From: Candidatus Marinacidobacterium sp.
Lineage (GTDB): Bacteria; Acidobacteriota; Vicinamibacteria; Marinacidobacterales; Marinacidobacteraceae
NCBI GenBank assembly: GCA_965220965.1
Contig: OZ244852.1
Coordinates: forward strand, 2,656,001-2,720,000
DNA: 64,000 nucleotides
Direction: 5' to 3'
In this document: positions 11,992 through 21,780 of the stretch, in pieces
Layout of the letters: the number at the start of each line of letters is the position of its first letter
How positions within the stretch are numbered: position 1 is the first letter of the stretch
Notes under the pieces: model-generated
The model's database searches: none
What the model was told of the DNA's origin: nothing
Seen by the model: only the letters and a program-made list of their open reading frames with translations
Made by a program: the position numbers and the translations under genes

Positions 11992-12969
11992 GTGCCGTCT
12001 CGGACCCGCTTCCTCCGGGGAGGTCGCCGCCAGCCGGTGGCGCTCGCTTTCCGGCGCGGGGGACTGGTGGCCCGGACGGTGGACGGCCGCTGGACCTGGA
12101 CCCATCTGGCCGCCGACTTCCTGAACCCGTCGCCGACGGACCCGAACCTCGCCTCGTCCGCCGAAGCGGCGCGGTCGGTGGTGGCGACGCTCGGGAGGCT
12201 GGAAGACGGGGTTCCCTTCAACGAAGCGGTCGTCGCGATCCCGGACCGCGCGGCGCACGCCGCCCTGACGGACCAGGCTGGCGCCGGCGGCCTGCGCCGG
12301 CTCCGCAGCGATCTGGTGGCCGCCCTCACCGCCAGCGCCGGCCCGACTCCCGCGGCGATCGATCGCCGGTTCCGCTTCGGGGCGCTCCCCAGCGGACCGC
12401 GTCGGCGTCGGTCGGTTCTGGGCGCGGTCAGCGGCGCCTCGGTGGTTCATCAGTACGAGACGGCGGTGGAAGCGGCCGGACCGGCCGTGCGCTGGGTGGA
12501 CGCGGTGAGTCTCGCGGTCCTCCCCGAGTGGCTGGCTTCCCCCGCGTCGGCGGCCTGGCGGGCCCTGGCGCTGCTCCACCCGCGTCACTTCGTTCTGGTC
12601 GTCGCCGAGGGTTTCCGGTTGACCGGCTTCCGGATGCGCCTCCGGGCCCGGCTGGACCCGGACCCGGTGGTGCTGGCGGCGCGCCGGTTGGCCGCCGACG
12701 GCGCCGCTCCCGGGTTCGCCGTCTGGGGCGACGGCGCCGGGGCGGTTGCGGAGCGCCTCGGCGAAGCGGGAATCACCGTGGACGAAGTTCGCTCGGCTTC
12801 GCCGCCCTCCGAGGGCGGTCCGGCGCTCTCTCCCGTGCTGGACGAGTCGCTCCAGGCGCTCCTCCGGCGGGTGGGCGCGAGGCCGGCGCCGCTCTCCGGA
12901 GCGCCGGTCCCCTCCACCGAGCGAGTCGAGGCGCCGCCGATCTCACCGCGGGCGGCGGCCGGCCCATGA
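11992..12969 (+). CDS. Divergent PilM/GspL-like protein
   Basis: 3' part of track ORF 10063..12969, GTG 11992; VVAIPD and VVHQYETAVEAAG..VRWVDAVSLA patterns recall PilM-like proteins; first of an overlapping three-gene run. Confidence 0.5.
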   Translation: MPSRTRFLRGGRRQPVALAFRRGGLVARTVDGRWTWTHLAADFLNPSPTDPNLASSAEAARSVVATLGRLEDGVPFNEAVVAIPDRAAHAALTDQAGAGGLRRLRSDLVAALTASAGPTPAAIDRRFRFGALPSGPRRRRSVLGAVSGASVVHQYETAVEAAGPAVRWVDAVSLAVLPEWLASPASAAWRALALLHPRHFVLVVAEGFRLTGFRMRLRARLDPDPVVLAARRLAADGAAPGFAVWGDGAGAVAERLGEAGITVDEVRSASPPSEGGPALSPVLDESLQALLRRVGARPAPLSGAPVPSTERVEAPPISPRAAAGP

Positions 12970-13517
12970 AGCGCGTTCCTCCGGGGATCCAGCTCGGAAA
13001 GACGAACTCCCCGGTTCTGCTTCGCGCGGCGTCCGCCGCCGTCGGACTCGCGTTGCTCGCCGGGCTGGGCGGAGCCGTTTCGCTCTGGCGCGGCGCTGCG
13101 GCGCTCCGGGCGATCGAAATGGAAGGATCCGGAGCGGTTTCCGGCCTCCCCATCGATGCCCCCGCCGCTCTCGACCTGATTCGCGTCGGGGAAACCGCGG
13201 CGCTGCTCCACGTCGGGGCTGGCGGGAACGCCCCCCGGTTCGGAGCGGTGCTGGACGTTCTGGGTGACGCCGCGCCGGACGGTCTGCGGATCACCGGGAT
13301 CGAACTGCGCCCGGGCGCCGAGCCGGGGATCGTGGAGGCTTCCATCGCCGCCGAGGCGCCGGACTCCAACCGGATCGCCGCCTTCCTCGCCGCGCTGGCC
13401 GGTCTCGATCCGGTGCGATCCACCCGGGAGATTCAGGAGAGCCGCGCCACCGGCGGCGCCGCGACGGTCCGGGTGAGCCTCCGCTTCGACGCCGGCGCCG
13501 GGGACGGAGTTCGCTGA
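12966..13517 (+). CDS. PilN-like bitopic membrane protein
   Basis: ATGA overlap with upstream gene; one TM, then LDVLGDAAPDGLRITGIEL...IAAFLAAL PilN-like core. Confidence 0.6.
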   Translation: MKRVPPGIQLGKTNSPVLLRAASAAVGLALLAGLGGAVSLWRGAAALRAIEMEGSGAVSGLPIDAPAALDLIRVGETAALLHVGAGGNAPRFGAVLDVLGDAAPDGLRITGIELRPGAEPGIVEASIAAEAPDSNRIAAFLAALAGLDPVRSTREIQESRATGGAATVRVSLRFDAGAGDGVR

Positions 13518-14449
13518 TGGTGGATCCCCGCTTCCGCGTTCGTCTCCTGCTCCTGCTCCTCTTCGGGTCCGGGGCCTGGCTCCTCTGGCGGGAGTCGGGA
13601 GAGCTGTCCTCCCGGGTCGCGGCGGCGCGCGCCGGCCGGGATGCGGCCTTGCGCGCCGGGCTCGCCGAGCGCGAGCGGGTCGAGGCGGAGCAGCGCTTCG
13701 CCCGGCTAGCGGAGGCTCTCGCCGCCCGGGAGACGCCGCCGACGAGTCCCGCCGGGCTCCGCGACGGCCTTCTCGCCGCCGCCCGTTCTTCGGGAGTCGA
13801 TCTCGCCAGTTCGCGGGTGCAGCCGCTCCTCCGGCCGCCCGACGGGACCCGCGGCGCCGAGGCCCGGCTGACCGCGGAGGGCGACGGCGCGTCGCTTCGG
13901 CGCTTTCTGAACGCGGTGGAGGGGAGGGGATGGCCCCTTCGCGCCGACCGGGTTCAGTTGGCGCTCCGCTCCGCCGAACGCGGGGTTCTCAGCGCCACGT
14001 TCACGGTCCTCTGGCCCGACCCGGCGACCACGATCACCGAATCCGGGGCCGCCCGCCTGGCGGCCGACCCGCGCATCGATCGGCTCGTCGACTGGCTGGC
14101 CGCCCGCCCCGACGCGGTTCCTTCCGGAGGATCGCCGGGGGCGCTCCAGGAGGGTGGGGAGACCCCCGATCCGGTTCTTCTCGCGGGAGACGCCGATCCG
14201 CCCGGGAGAGGCTCCCCGGGCGCCGCGCCACCGGTCGCCGACTTCGCCTCCCGTCTTCCCCGTCTCCACGGGTTCGTCGAGGTCGGGCCCGGCGACCCGG
14301 TCCGCGCCGCTCTTTCCTACCGGGGAATGCTGAATCTGGTCGCCGTGGGGGAGCGCCTCGGCGAGTACGTGGTCGTGGAGCTCACGCCTTCGGACGCCGT
14401 CGTTCTCGCCCATCCCGACGAGCCCCCGCTCCGTCTGACGCTGCGTTAG
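13517..14449 (+). CDS. PilO/GspM-like protein with C-terminal PilP/GspC-like domain
   Basis: N-terminal TM, coiled coil, LTAEGD..SLRRFLNAVE; Pro-rich linker; C-terminal LHGFVE...VAVGERLGEYVVVELTP. Confidence 0.5.
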   Translation: MVDPRFRVRLLLLLLFGSGAWLLWRESGELSSRVAAARAGRDAALRAGLAERERVEAEQRFARLAEALAARETPPTSPAGLRDGLLAAARSSGVDLASSRVQPLLRPPDGTRGAEARLTAEGDGASLRRFLNAVEGRGWPLRADRVQLALRSAERGVLSATFTVLWPDPATTITESGAARLAADPRIDRLVDWLAARPDAVPSGGSPGALQEGGETPDPVLLAGDADPPGRGSPGAAPPVADFASRLPRLHGFVEVGPGDPVRAALSYRGMLNLVAVGERLGEYVVVELTPSDAVVLAHPDEPPLRLTLR

Positions 14450-14459
14450 CAGAGGCCGG

Positions 14460-15110
14460 TCATCCGGGGCTGCGCTCCCGGGCGGCGCGGAGTTTCGCAA
14501 GCTCCTCGCCGAGTTGCGCCTGCTCGGCGCGGAGGCGTGGGAGGTCGAGCGCGCTCCCGAAGGCGTTGGGGTTTCTCGGGGCGTACGGCAGCCCGCTCGC
14601 TCCCATGCGATTCAGGGCGGCCTCGATGTCCAGCAGCCGCTCTTCGATCTCCGATTCGCGGCGCCGGGCCTCCTCCGGCGTGAGCCCCTCGGAGGAGACC
14701 CGCTCCTCCGCATCCGGCGGCGCTCCTTCCCGGAACTCCCGCTCGCCTCCCTCGTCCGGGGACGGTCCGGCGCCGGGCCCGTCCGGGCGGACGGTGGGGC
14801 TGGACGGGGCCGGGGGGCCTTCTGCGTCCCGGGCCTCCAGCGCCGTGTCGTCATAGCGGGCCGCCGGGCCGTGGGCGGCGCGGCTCGCGAGGATGCGGGC
14901 GCGATTCCGGCGGGCCGCCTCCACCAGCGTCGCAGCGACGGGCGCCGGCTGGCCGATCGCCGGGACCGGCGCAGCGAGCCCGCCGGCGGCGAGCGCCGCG
15001 AGCAGGAGGATCCGTCTATGCGACGGGGTTGCCGAAACGGTCCCGGAGAACGTACGGCGGGAGTCCGTAGTCCTCGCGGAACATCTGGGTGCGAACGGAG
15101 CCGGTGGCAT
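14460..15110 (-). CDS. Hypothetical exported protein (start uncertain)
   Basis: Signal-peptide-like RRILLLAALAAGGLAAPVPAIGQ; Pro-rich linker; C-terminal coiled coil; the listed ATG overlaps the upstream gene by 95 nt. Confidence 0.55.
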   Translation of the reverse strand: MPPAPFAPRCSARTTDSRRTFSGTVSATPSHRRILLLAALAAGGLAAPVPAIGQPAPVAATLVEAARRNRARILASRAAHGPAARYDDTALEARDAEGPPAPSSPTVRPDGPGAGPSPDEGGEREFREGAPPDAEERVSSEGLTPEEARRRESEIEERLLDIEAALNRMGASGLPYAPRNPNAFGSALDLPRLRAEQAQLGEELAKLRAARERSPG

Positions 15111-16260
15111 GGCGCGCCAGGTCCCTCCCGGTGAGCAGATAAACGACGGTGGGGCAAAGGTCGCGCCGCATGACCATCTCGGGGAAGACGGCGCCCCGGC
15201 GGAAGTCGGGGCCGACTCCGAGCGTCCAGACGTTGTGGGCGTAGTAGTTCCCCTGGGAGTGGTGGAGCTGTCCGTAGACGTTCACCTCGTCGTCCCGGCC
15301 GCACTCGGGCCGGAGCAGGATCGAGGTGGTCTCCGCCAGGTAGGGGTCGTTCCGGATGAACGCCCAGAGATTGCCGACGAGCTCGTCGGTTGCGGCGATG
15401 TGCCGCCGGTACTGCTCGTAGTCGGTGTCGTAGTCCCAGAAGCCGGCGTCGGCGTGGGCGTCGTCCAGCGCCAGCATCTGGATCGTGATCAGCTTCGGAC
15501 GGAATTCCGACAGCAGGTGCTTCGCGATCTCGAAACACTGGCCGTCTCCGAGCGGAACCTCCCGGTCCACGAGCGAGGTGCGCGTCGACGCGGGCAGGTG
15601 GATCCGCCGCGCGCGGGCGTCCGCGATCCAGTCCTCGAGGTCGGCCAGCGTGCGCTCCGTGTGGCCCAGCCCCGGCTCGATGTTCGCCCCGACCAGATCG
15701 GCGGGCGAGCGGCGCTCCTCCTCGTGGAACACCTTGTTCATGGTGAGCGAGTTCGCTCCGAACTCGAGACCGCCTTCCGGGTGAGCGCTCCAGTGCTTGC
15801 GGTCGTAGACCCAGGAGCGGTAGTAGCTGACGCCCTGGAGCATCCAGAAGTCGTTCGGGGACCCGCCGAGTTCGCGTCGCGCCATCTCGGTCCAGGTGGG
15901 GTAGCGGGGGTGCTCGGAGACGGTCTCCCGGCCGGTGATCATCTCGGTGTACATGTAGCCGTGGAGGTTCGCGGTCTCGCCGAAGTCCTCGGTGAACACG
16001 CTGCCTTCGGCCATCATCCGCGCCATGTGCGGGGCGTGCGCCGGATCCTCCACCGTGTCCTTCTTGCGGCAGCCGTTGCCGTAGAGGATCACCACGAGGT
16101 GTTTCGTCCTCAGGCTACGGTCCGGGACGAGCGCCTCCCGTTCCGCCGGAGTCGCGAGGGCTCCGGGCGCCGCGGCGCCGATCGCCGCCGCGCCGGCGGC
16201 GCCCAGAAACGCCCGCCGATCCGGCAGCGTCTTCCAGGCCGTCTTCCGGTCCTCGTTCAT
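15016..16260 (-). CDS. Tat-exported hypothetical protein, probable alkaline-phosphatase-superfamily fold
   Basis: DRRAFLGAAGAAA twin-arginine motif; HLVVILYGNG, LDDAH, RPECGRD, HH motifs. Confidence 0.7.
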   Translation of the reverse strand: MNEDRKTAWKTLPDRRAFLGAAGAAAIGAAAPGALATPAEREALVPDRSLRTKHLVVILYGNGCRKKDTVEDPAHAPHMARMMAEGSVFTEDFGETANLHGYMYTEMITGRETVSEHPRYPTWTEMARRELGGSPNDFWMLQGVSYYRSWVYDRKHWSAHPEGGLEFGANSLTMNKVFHEEERRSPADLVGANIEPGLGHTERTLADLEDWIADARARRIHLPASTRTSLVDREVPLGDGQCFEIAKHLLSEFRPKLITIQMLALDDAHADAGFWDYDTDYEQYRRHIAATDELVGNLWAFIRNDPYLAETTSILLRPECGRDDEVNVYGQLHHSQGNYYAHNVWTLGVGPDFRRGAVFPEMVMRRDLCPTVVYLLTGRDLARHATGSVRTQMFREDYGLPPYVLRDRFGNPVA

Positions 16261-17756
16261 TCCCGCCTCCGGTCGCCGGCTCCGTTTCCGTCCCCCAGGA
16301 AATCCACGAACAGATCGCGCACTTCCTCATCGCGCACCGGGTTCAGGTTCCGGTAGTTCCGGGCGCGGTCCGACAGGTTGACCCGGGAGACCCGGTAGCG
16401 GCCGCTCTCCCGCCAGGGCTCCAGCTTCAGGGCCCCGCGGAACACGTTGGGCTGCGGGACCAGCGAGGGCCGGTTCAGCGGCGGGTTGCGGCTCTCCAGC
16501 TCCACCCGCACGAGGTCGGCGCCGCTCGGGCTCTGGAACGAGACGTAGACCCGGTCCACGCCGCTCAGGTCGTCCTCCACCAGCGCCGCGACCGGGATCG
16601 TCTCGCCGGCGGGCGCCTGACGGAGCGGAAGCTCCAGCGCCAGCAGGACCGGCGGTTCGTCGTCCTGCTTCGCCGGATCGGCCTCCACCTGGACCGCAGC
16701 GTCCCGCAGCGAGGGATGGGTTGCGGCGAAGAGCAGCGCCTGGTTCCGCGCCGCGTCGTAGAGCTCCAGCTTCTGCATCGACCAGGTCCCGCCCTCGTAC
16801 CACTCGGGGATCGTGAAGGCCCCGAGGAACCGTCCCGGCCGCCGCGCATCCCCGATGAGGTCCACCCGCACCCGCCGGGTCTTCGACGGGCTCTCGAACA
16901 CCGCCCGCGCCTGGGTGGGGCCGGCGAGGTCGTCCTCGGCGAAGGCCTCCACCCGGATCGCCTCCCCGGGACCCACCGCGGGGGTGAGGACCCCGATCGA
17001 GGTCAGCGTGGGCGGGGTGAGGTCGGCTTCCGGGTTCTCGCTCACCACGAAATGCGACGGCGTGCCGTCCGGGGCGCGCATCACCGGGTTGAACTCCGTC
17101 GAGTACGCCTTCTTGCGGCCGTATTCGTCGGTGATCATCGTGGAGCCGATGTTGTAGCGGCCTCCCGGGTGGTGGCGGTCCACCTTGCCCCGCCCCAGGT
17201 AGAGGTTCCGGTTGGTGGCGTGCGGCTTGAAGTTCACGTAGACCACCGCCGCGCGGCCATGGTCCTGGCTCCAGAACTCGGCCACGAAACGGCGGCCCTT
17301 CTCGAACGCCGGCTCGACCCGGGCGATCGCCCGCACCGTGTCGCCGGGGTCGACCGCGAGGTCGATGACCCGGAGCTCGGTGAGCGCCACCGAGCGGTGC
17401 TCGCCGCTCAGGTCTCCCTGGGAGAGCTGCGTTCCCCGGCGGCGGTACTGGAACACCTCGGGGATGTAGTCCTCGTCGGCGACCCCGAGCTGGCCGGTCA
17501 CGTCGGCGCTCGCCGGCTCCGTCCCGAGCGTGACGTCCTCGAGAACCCCAAACGGGTAGGCGGCCGGATCCCGCTCCTCGGCGGGCGCCTCGGCTTCGGC
17601 GGGCGGCCGTTCCTGCGGCTGGCCTTCCCGGGAGAACGCGGCGCCCGCGCCTGATGCGAGGATCGCGGCGGCAAGGATCGGGGGGAAGCCCACCGGGAGG
17701 AGCGCCGGCGTCCGCCCGGACCCCAGGGGCGAGGACGACCTCACACTCCGCTCCAC
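16257..17756 (-). CDS. Exported protein with three Ig-like repeats
   Basis: Signal peptide; repeats PP-L...PGE-I-V-A--EDDL-G...F-SPS...G-W/Y...D-ARN. Confidence 0.75.
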   Translation of the reverse strand: MERSVRSSSPLGSGRTPALLPVGFPPILAAAILASGAGAAFSREGQPQERPPAEAEAPAEERDPAAYPFGVLEDVTLGTEPASADVTGQLGVADEDYIPEVFQYRRRGTQLSQGDLSGEHRSVALTELRVIDLAVDPGDTVRAIARVEPAFEKGRRFVAEFWSQDHGRAAVVYVNFKPHATNRNLYLGRGKVDRHHPGGRYNIGSTMITDEYGRKKAYSTEFNPVMRAPDGTPSHFVVSENPEADLTPPTLTSIGVLTPAVGPGEAIRVEAFAEDDLAGPTQARAVFESPSKTRRVRVDLIGDARRPGRFLGAFTIPEWYEGGTWSMQKLELYDAARNQALLFAATHPSLRDAAVQVEADPAKQDDEPPVLLALELPLRQAPAGETIPVAALVEDDLSGVDRVYVSFQSPSGADLVRVELESRNPPLNRPSLVPQPNVFRGALKLEPWRESGRYRVSRVNLSDRARNYRNLNPVRDEEVRDLFVDFLGDGNGAGDRRRE

Positions 17757-17927
17757 GAACCCACGCTTCCGATCCCGTGTTCCCGCAATCGGGACCGAAT
17801 CGTCAATATATCATCCGCTCCGGCGCTCCACCGGACCCGGCGCACTCCGGCCGGACGCGCCCCCCGGTCCTTCCCCGGGCTTCCCGGAAACTCCCGCGCC
17901 GACCCATTCGGAGGACCACGTCGGACG

Positions 17928-19235
17928 ATGCCGCTCTTTGCCCGCCGTTTCGGCCACATGGGGACCGAGAACGCCTTCAAGATCGGGGAGGACATGGCGC
18001 GGGCGCGCGCCCGCGGCGTGGACGTGATCCCCTTCACGATCGGCGAGCCGGACTTCGACAGCGCACCGCACATCAACGAAGCCGGGATCGCCGCGATCCG
18101 CGCCGGAGACACCCACTACACCGATCCCGCCGGCATCCCGCCGCTGCGCGAGGCGCTCGCCGCCCATGTCTCGCGCACCCGGGGCATCGAGGTGACTTCC
18201 GACCGGATCATCGTTCTCCCCGGCGCCAAGCCGGCCATCGGCTACACGATGATGGCCTACGTGGATCCCGGCGACGAGGTCATCTACCCGAGCCCCGGGT
18301 TCCCGATCTACGAGTCCTGGGTCACCTACCTCGGCGGCGTCCCGAAACCGCTCGTGCTGCGCGAGGAGCGCGGCTTCTCCTTCACCGCGGAGGATCTGGA
18401 CCGGCTCCTGACGCCGAAGACCAAGGTCCTCATGCTCTGCTCCCCCTCGAACCCCACCGGCGGGGTCCTGCCCCGGAGCCTTCTCCTCGAGGTCGCCGAA
18501 CTGGTGCGGGAACGCGGTCGGCCGGACATCCGGATCTACTCCGACGAGATCTACGAGCACATCACCTTCGACGGGTTCGAGCACACCTCGATGGCCTCGC
18601 TGCCGGGGATGGAGCGCTCCACGATCATCGCCAGCGGCCACTCCAAGGGATTCGCGATGACCGGCTGGCGCCTCGGCTGGTGCGTGCTCCCGACCGCGGA
18701 GGAAGCGCTCCGCTTCAAGCAGATCAACATCAACACCGTGAGCTGCGTGCCGCCCTTCATCCAGCAGGCGGCCCGCGAGGCGCTCGAGAACCCGCTCACC
18801 CGGGGCGTCGTCAGCGACATGGTCGCGGAGTTCCGCCGCCGGCGGGACTACGTGGTTCCGGCGCTGAACGCCATCCCCGGCGTGACCTGCGCCAACCCCC
18901 TCGGGGCCTTCTACGTCTTCCCGAACATCACCGGGGTCTGCGACGACCTCGGCGCCACCGCCGCGTTCGACGCCTTCCCGGACGAGGTGAAGGCCAGGAC
19001 GAGCCCGGCGACGCTGGTGTCCCGCTTCCTCCTTTACTACCACGGCGTCGCCCTGGTGGATCGCCGCAGCTTCGGCGTCCTCGGAAGCGAGGGCCAGAAC
19101 TTCCTGCGGCTCTCCTACGCCGCGGACATGGACTCGATCCGCGAGGGCGTCAGCCGGATCGCCCGCGGGGCCTCCGACCGGGACGGCTTCGCCCGTTTCC
19201 TCGCCGACGAGACCGCCGTTGGAGTCGCAGCATGA
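17928..19235 (+). CDS. PLP-dependent aminotransferase class I/II
   Basis: IGEPDF, SPSNPTG, SDEIYE, SKGFAMTGWRLG, GAFYVFPN. Confidence 0.95.
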   Translation: MPLFARRFGHMGTENAFKIGEDMARARARGVDVIPFTIGEPDFDSAPHINEAGIAAIRAGDTHYTDPAGIPPLREALAAHVSRTRGIEVTSDRIIVLPGAKPAIGYTMMAYVDPGDEVIYPSPGFPIYESWVTYLGGVPKPLVLREERGFSFTAEDLDRLLTPKTKVLMLCSPSNPTGGVLPRSLLLEVAELVRERGRPDIRIYSDEIYEHITFDGFEHTSMASLPGMERSTIIASGHSKGFAMTGWRLGWCVLPTAEEALRFKQININTVSCVPPFIQQAAREALENPLTRGVVSDMVAEFRRRRDYVVPALNAIPGVTCANPLGAFYVFPNITGVCDDLGATAAFDAFPDEVKARTSPATLVSRFLLYYHGVALVDRRSFGVLGSEGQNFLRLSYAADMDSIREGVSRIARGASDRDGFARFLADETAVGVAA

Positions 19236-20254
19236 GCCTGTTCTTCGTCACCCGCCGCATCCCCGAAGCCGGGCTCGCCATTCTCCGGCGCGCCGGCGAG
19301 GTCGAGGTCGCCCCCACTCCCGACGGCGCCGCCACCCCCCGGGAGCAGGTGCTCGATGGCGCCCGCCGGGCGGATGTCCACGTGTCGCTCCTGACCGAGG
19401 CGGTGGATCGCGAGCTCATGGAGCAGGGGCCGCAGCTCCGCGGGATCGCCAACTACGCGGTCGGCTTCAACAATGTGGATGTGGCGGCCGCCACCGAGCT
19501 GGGTCTTCCGGTCTCGAACACCCCGGGAGTTCTCACCGACTCGACCGCCGACCTCGCCTGGGCGCTCCTGATGGCGGTGGCCCGGCGGGTGGTGCCCGCC
19601 GATCGCTACATGCGCGAGGGCCACTACCGGATCTGGGGGCCGTCGCTCATGCTGGGGGCCGACGTGAGTCCGGGAGGGGATGAGCGCCGGAAGGTCCTCG
19701 GCGTCGTCGGCTTCGGGCGGATCGGACAGGGCATGCACCGCCGCGCCCAGGGCTTCGACATGGACGTGCTCGCCTTCGACCCGCCGATGAAACACCTCAT
19801 CGAGGCGCGGGACGACGTGGAGTACGCCGAGTTCAACGATCTGCTGGCGCGCAGCGACTTCGTCACGATCCACACCGACCTGAATCCCTCGACCCATCAC
19901 CTGTTCGGGGCGGACGCGTTCGCCCGGATGAAGGAAACCGCCTTCGTGATCAACACCGCGCGCGGTCCGGTGATCCACGAGGCGGCGCTGGTGGAGGCGA
20001 TCGAATCCGGCCAGATCGCCGGCGCCGGGCTGGACGTCTTCGAGCACGAGCCCGACGCCCACCCCGGGCTCGCCCGTTCCGACAAGGTCGTCATGCTCCC
20101 GCACATCGCGAGCGGCAGCGTGGCCACCCGCGACCGGATGGCCACGATGTGCGCCGACAACGCGGTCGCGCATCTCCGGGGAGAGCGGGCGCCGAACTGC
20201 GTGAACCCCGAGGTGTACGAGACGGAGGCGTGGCGCCGGCGGGCGCGTCGCTGA
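19232..20254 (+). CDS. D-2-hydroxyacid dehydrogenase (glyoxylate reductase / D-glycerate dehydrogenase family)
   Basis: ATG 19232 in track ORF 17654..20254; AVGFNNVD, NTPGVLT, GFGRIG, NTARG, LDVFEHEP, PHIAS. Confidence 0.93.
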   Translation: MSLFFVTRRIPEAGLAILRRAGEVEVAPTPDGAATPREQVLDGARRADVHVSLLTEAVDRELMEQGPQLRGIANYAVGFNNVDVAAATELGLPVSNTPGVLTDSTADLAWALLMAVARRVVPADRYMREGHYRIWGPSLMLGADVSPGGDERRKVLGVVGFGRIGQGMHRRAQGFDMDVLAFDPPMKHLIEARDDVEYAEFNDLLARSDFVTIHTDLNPSTHHLFGADAFARMKETAFVINTARGPVIHEAALVEAIESGQIAGAGLDVFEHEPDAHPGLARSDKVVMLPHIASGSVATRDRMATMCADNAVAHLRGERAPNCVNPEVYETEAWRRRARR

Positions 20255-20304
20255 AGAAGATCCGGTGAGCCGCCCCGCAGACGCCGGGCGGTGAGGGCGG
20301 CGGC

Positions 20305-21780
20305 GTGACTCCGACGTTCGTCCTGGTCACCACCGGCTTCTACGTCCTGGGGCTGCTCCTGCTGGGGCTGATCGCCTCCACCCGGGTCCGCGACGCCGCC
20401 GACTTCGTCGTCGCCGGGCGCCGTCTGGGGCTGGGCCTTTGCACCTTCACGCTCTTCGCGACCTGGTTCGGCGGGGGAACCCTGATCGGCGCGGCGGGCG
20501 CCGCCTACGGCGGGGGCCTGAACGCGGTTGCGGCGGATCCCTTCGGCGCCGCGCTGTGTCTCCTGCTGGCGGGGGCCTTCTACGTGCGGCTGCTGCGGCG
20601 GCTGCGGCTCCTCACCGTCCCCGACTTCTTCCGCCGGCGTTTCGGGCGGGCCGCCGAGGTTCTCGCCGCCGTCTCGCTGTTTCCCGCCTACATCGGCTGG
20701 GTGGGGTCCCAACTCGTCGCCGTGGGGACCGTGCTCTCCGCGATGGCGGGGCTTCCGTTCCTGACCTCGGTCCTGGTCGCGACCGGGATCGTCCTCGTCT
20801 ACACCGTGCTCGGCGGGATGTGGGCCGTCGCCTTCACCGATTTCTTCCAGGCGCTGGTTCTGATCGCGGCGATCGCGATCCTGCTGCCGCTGGTCGTCGG
20901 CGACGCCGGCGGCGTGGCGGTGGTCCTCGACCGCCTTCCCGAGGCGAAACTGCGCTTCCTGCCCACCGGGGGCCTGCTCGAGTGGTGCCTGTTCGTCCAG
21001 GCCTGGCTCATCATCGGGATCGGGAACCTGCCCGGCCAGGACCTGATGCAGCGCGCCCTCGCCGCGAAGGACGAACGGGTGGCGCAGTGGGGCGCCTACT
21101 TCGGGGGGCTCCTCTATCTGGGCGTCGGGCTGATCCCGGTTGCGCTCGGCCTGGTCGGGACGCTCGTTCTTCCGGGCCTCGCGAACCCGGAGGAGATCGT
21201 CCCGCGTCTCGCGCTCGAGTACCTGCCGCCGGCGGGCCTCGCGCTCTTCCTCGCGGCGCTCTTCTCGGCGCTCATGAGTTCCGCCGACAGCGGTCTGCTG
21301 GCCCCGGCGAGCGTCTTCGGGCAGAACGTCCTGCCGCACCTGCGCCGCGCCGCGCCGGGGCCGAAGACGGTGCTGCGCGCGACCCGCCTCGCGGTGGTGG
21401 CCTTCTGCGGTCTGGCGCTGGCGGTCGCGCTGGTGTTCGGGAGCGTTTACACCCTGATGGTGGAGTCCTGGACCGCGATGATGGTCGCGCTCTTCGGGCC
21501 GCTGACGCTCGGCATGTACTGGAAGCGGACGAACGCGCCGGGCGCGGTCGCCGGAATGGTGGCCGGCCTCTCGGTCTGGCTCGGTCTGGTCGTCGTCGGC
21601 CCCCGACTCGCGGCCGAGCTTCCGAACGCCCTGATCGCGACCGGCGCCTCGATCCTCGCGGTCCTCGTGGTCTCCCGCGTCACCGGACGCTCGCATCCAC
21701 CGCGGCCGCTCACCGATGACTCCGGGGCGCCGGTGGAGCAGGCCGGCCGGTTCGGCGTTCTCCCGCTTCGACCTGGGTGA
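20305..21780 (+). CDS. Sodium:solute symporter family protein
   Basis: DFVVAGRRL, ATWFGG, YTVLGGMWAVAFTD, QDLMQR, SALMSSADS; many TM helices. Confidence 0.93.
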   Translation: MTPTFVLVTTGFYVLGLLLLGLIASTRVRDAADFVVAGRRLGLGLCTFTLFATWFGGGTLIGAAGAAYGGGLNAVAADPFGAALCLLLAGAFYVRLLRRLRLLTVPDFFRRRFGRAAEVLAAVSLFPAYIGWVGSQLVAVGTVLSAMAGLPFLTSVLVATGIVLVYTVLGGMWAVAFTDFFQALVLIAAIAILLPLVVGDAGGVAVVLDRLPEAKLRFLPTGGLLEWCLFVQAWLIIGIGNLPGQDLMQRALAAKDERVAQWGAYFGGLLYLGVGLIPVALGLVGTLVLPGLANPEEIVPRLALEYLPPAGLALFLAALFSALMSSADSGLLAPASVFGQNVLPHLRRAAPGPKTVLRATRLAVVAFCGLALAVALVFGSVYTLMVESWTAMMVALFGPLTLGMYWKRTNAPGAVAGMVAGLSVWLGLVVVGPRLAAELPNALIATGASILAVLVVSRVTGRSHPPRPLTDDSGAPVEQAGRFGVLPLRPG

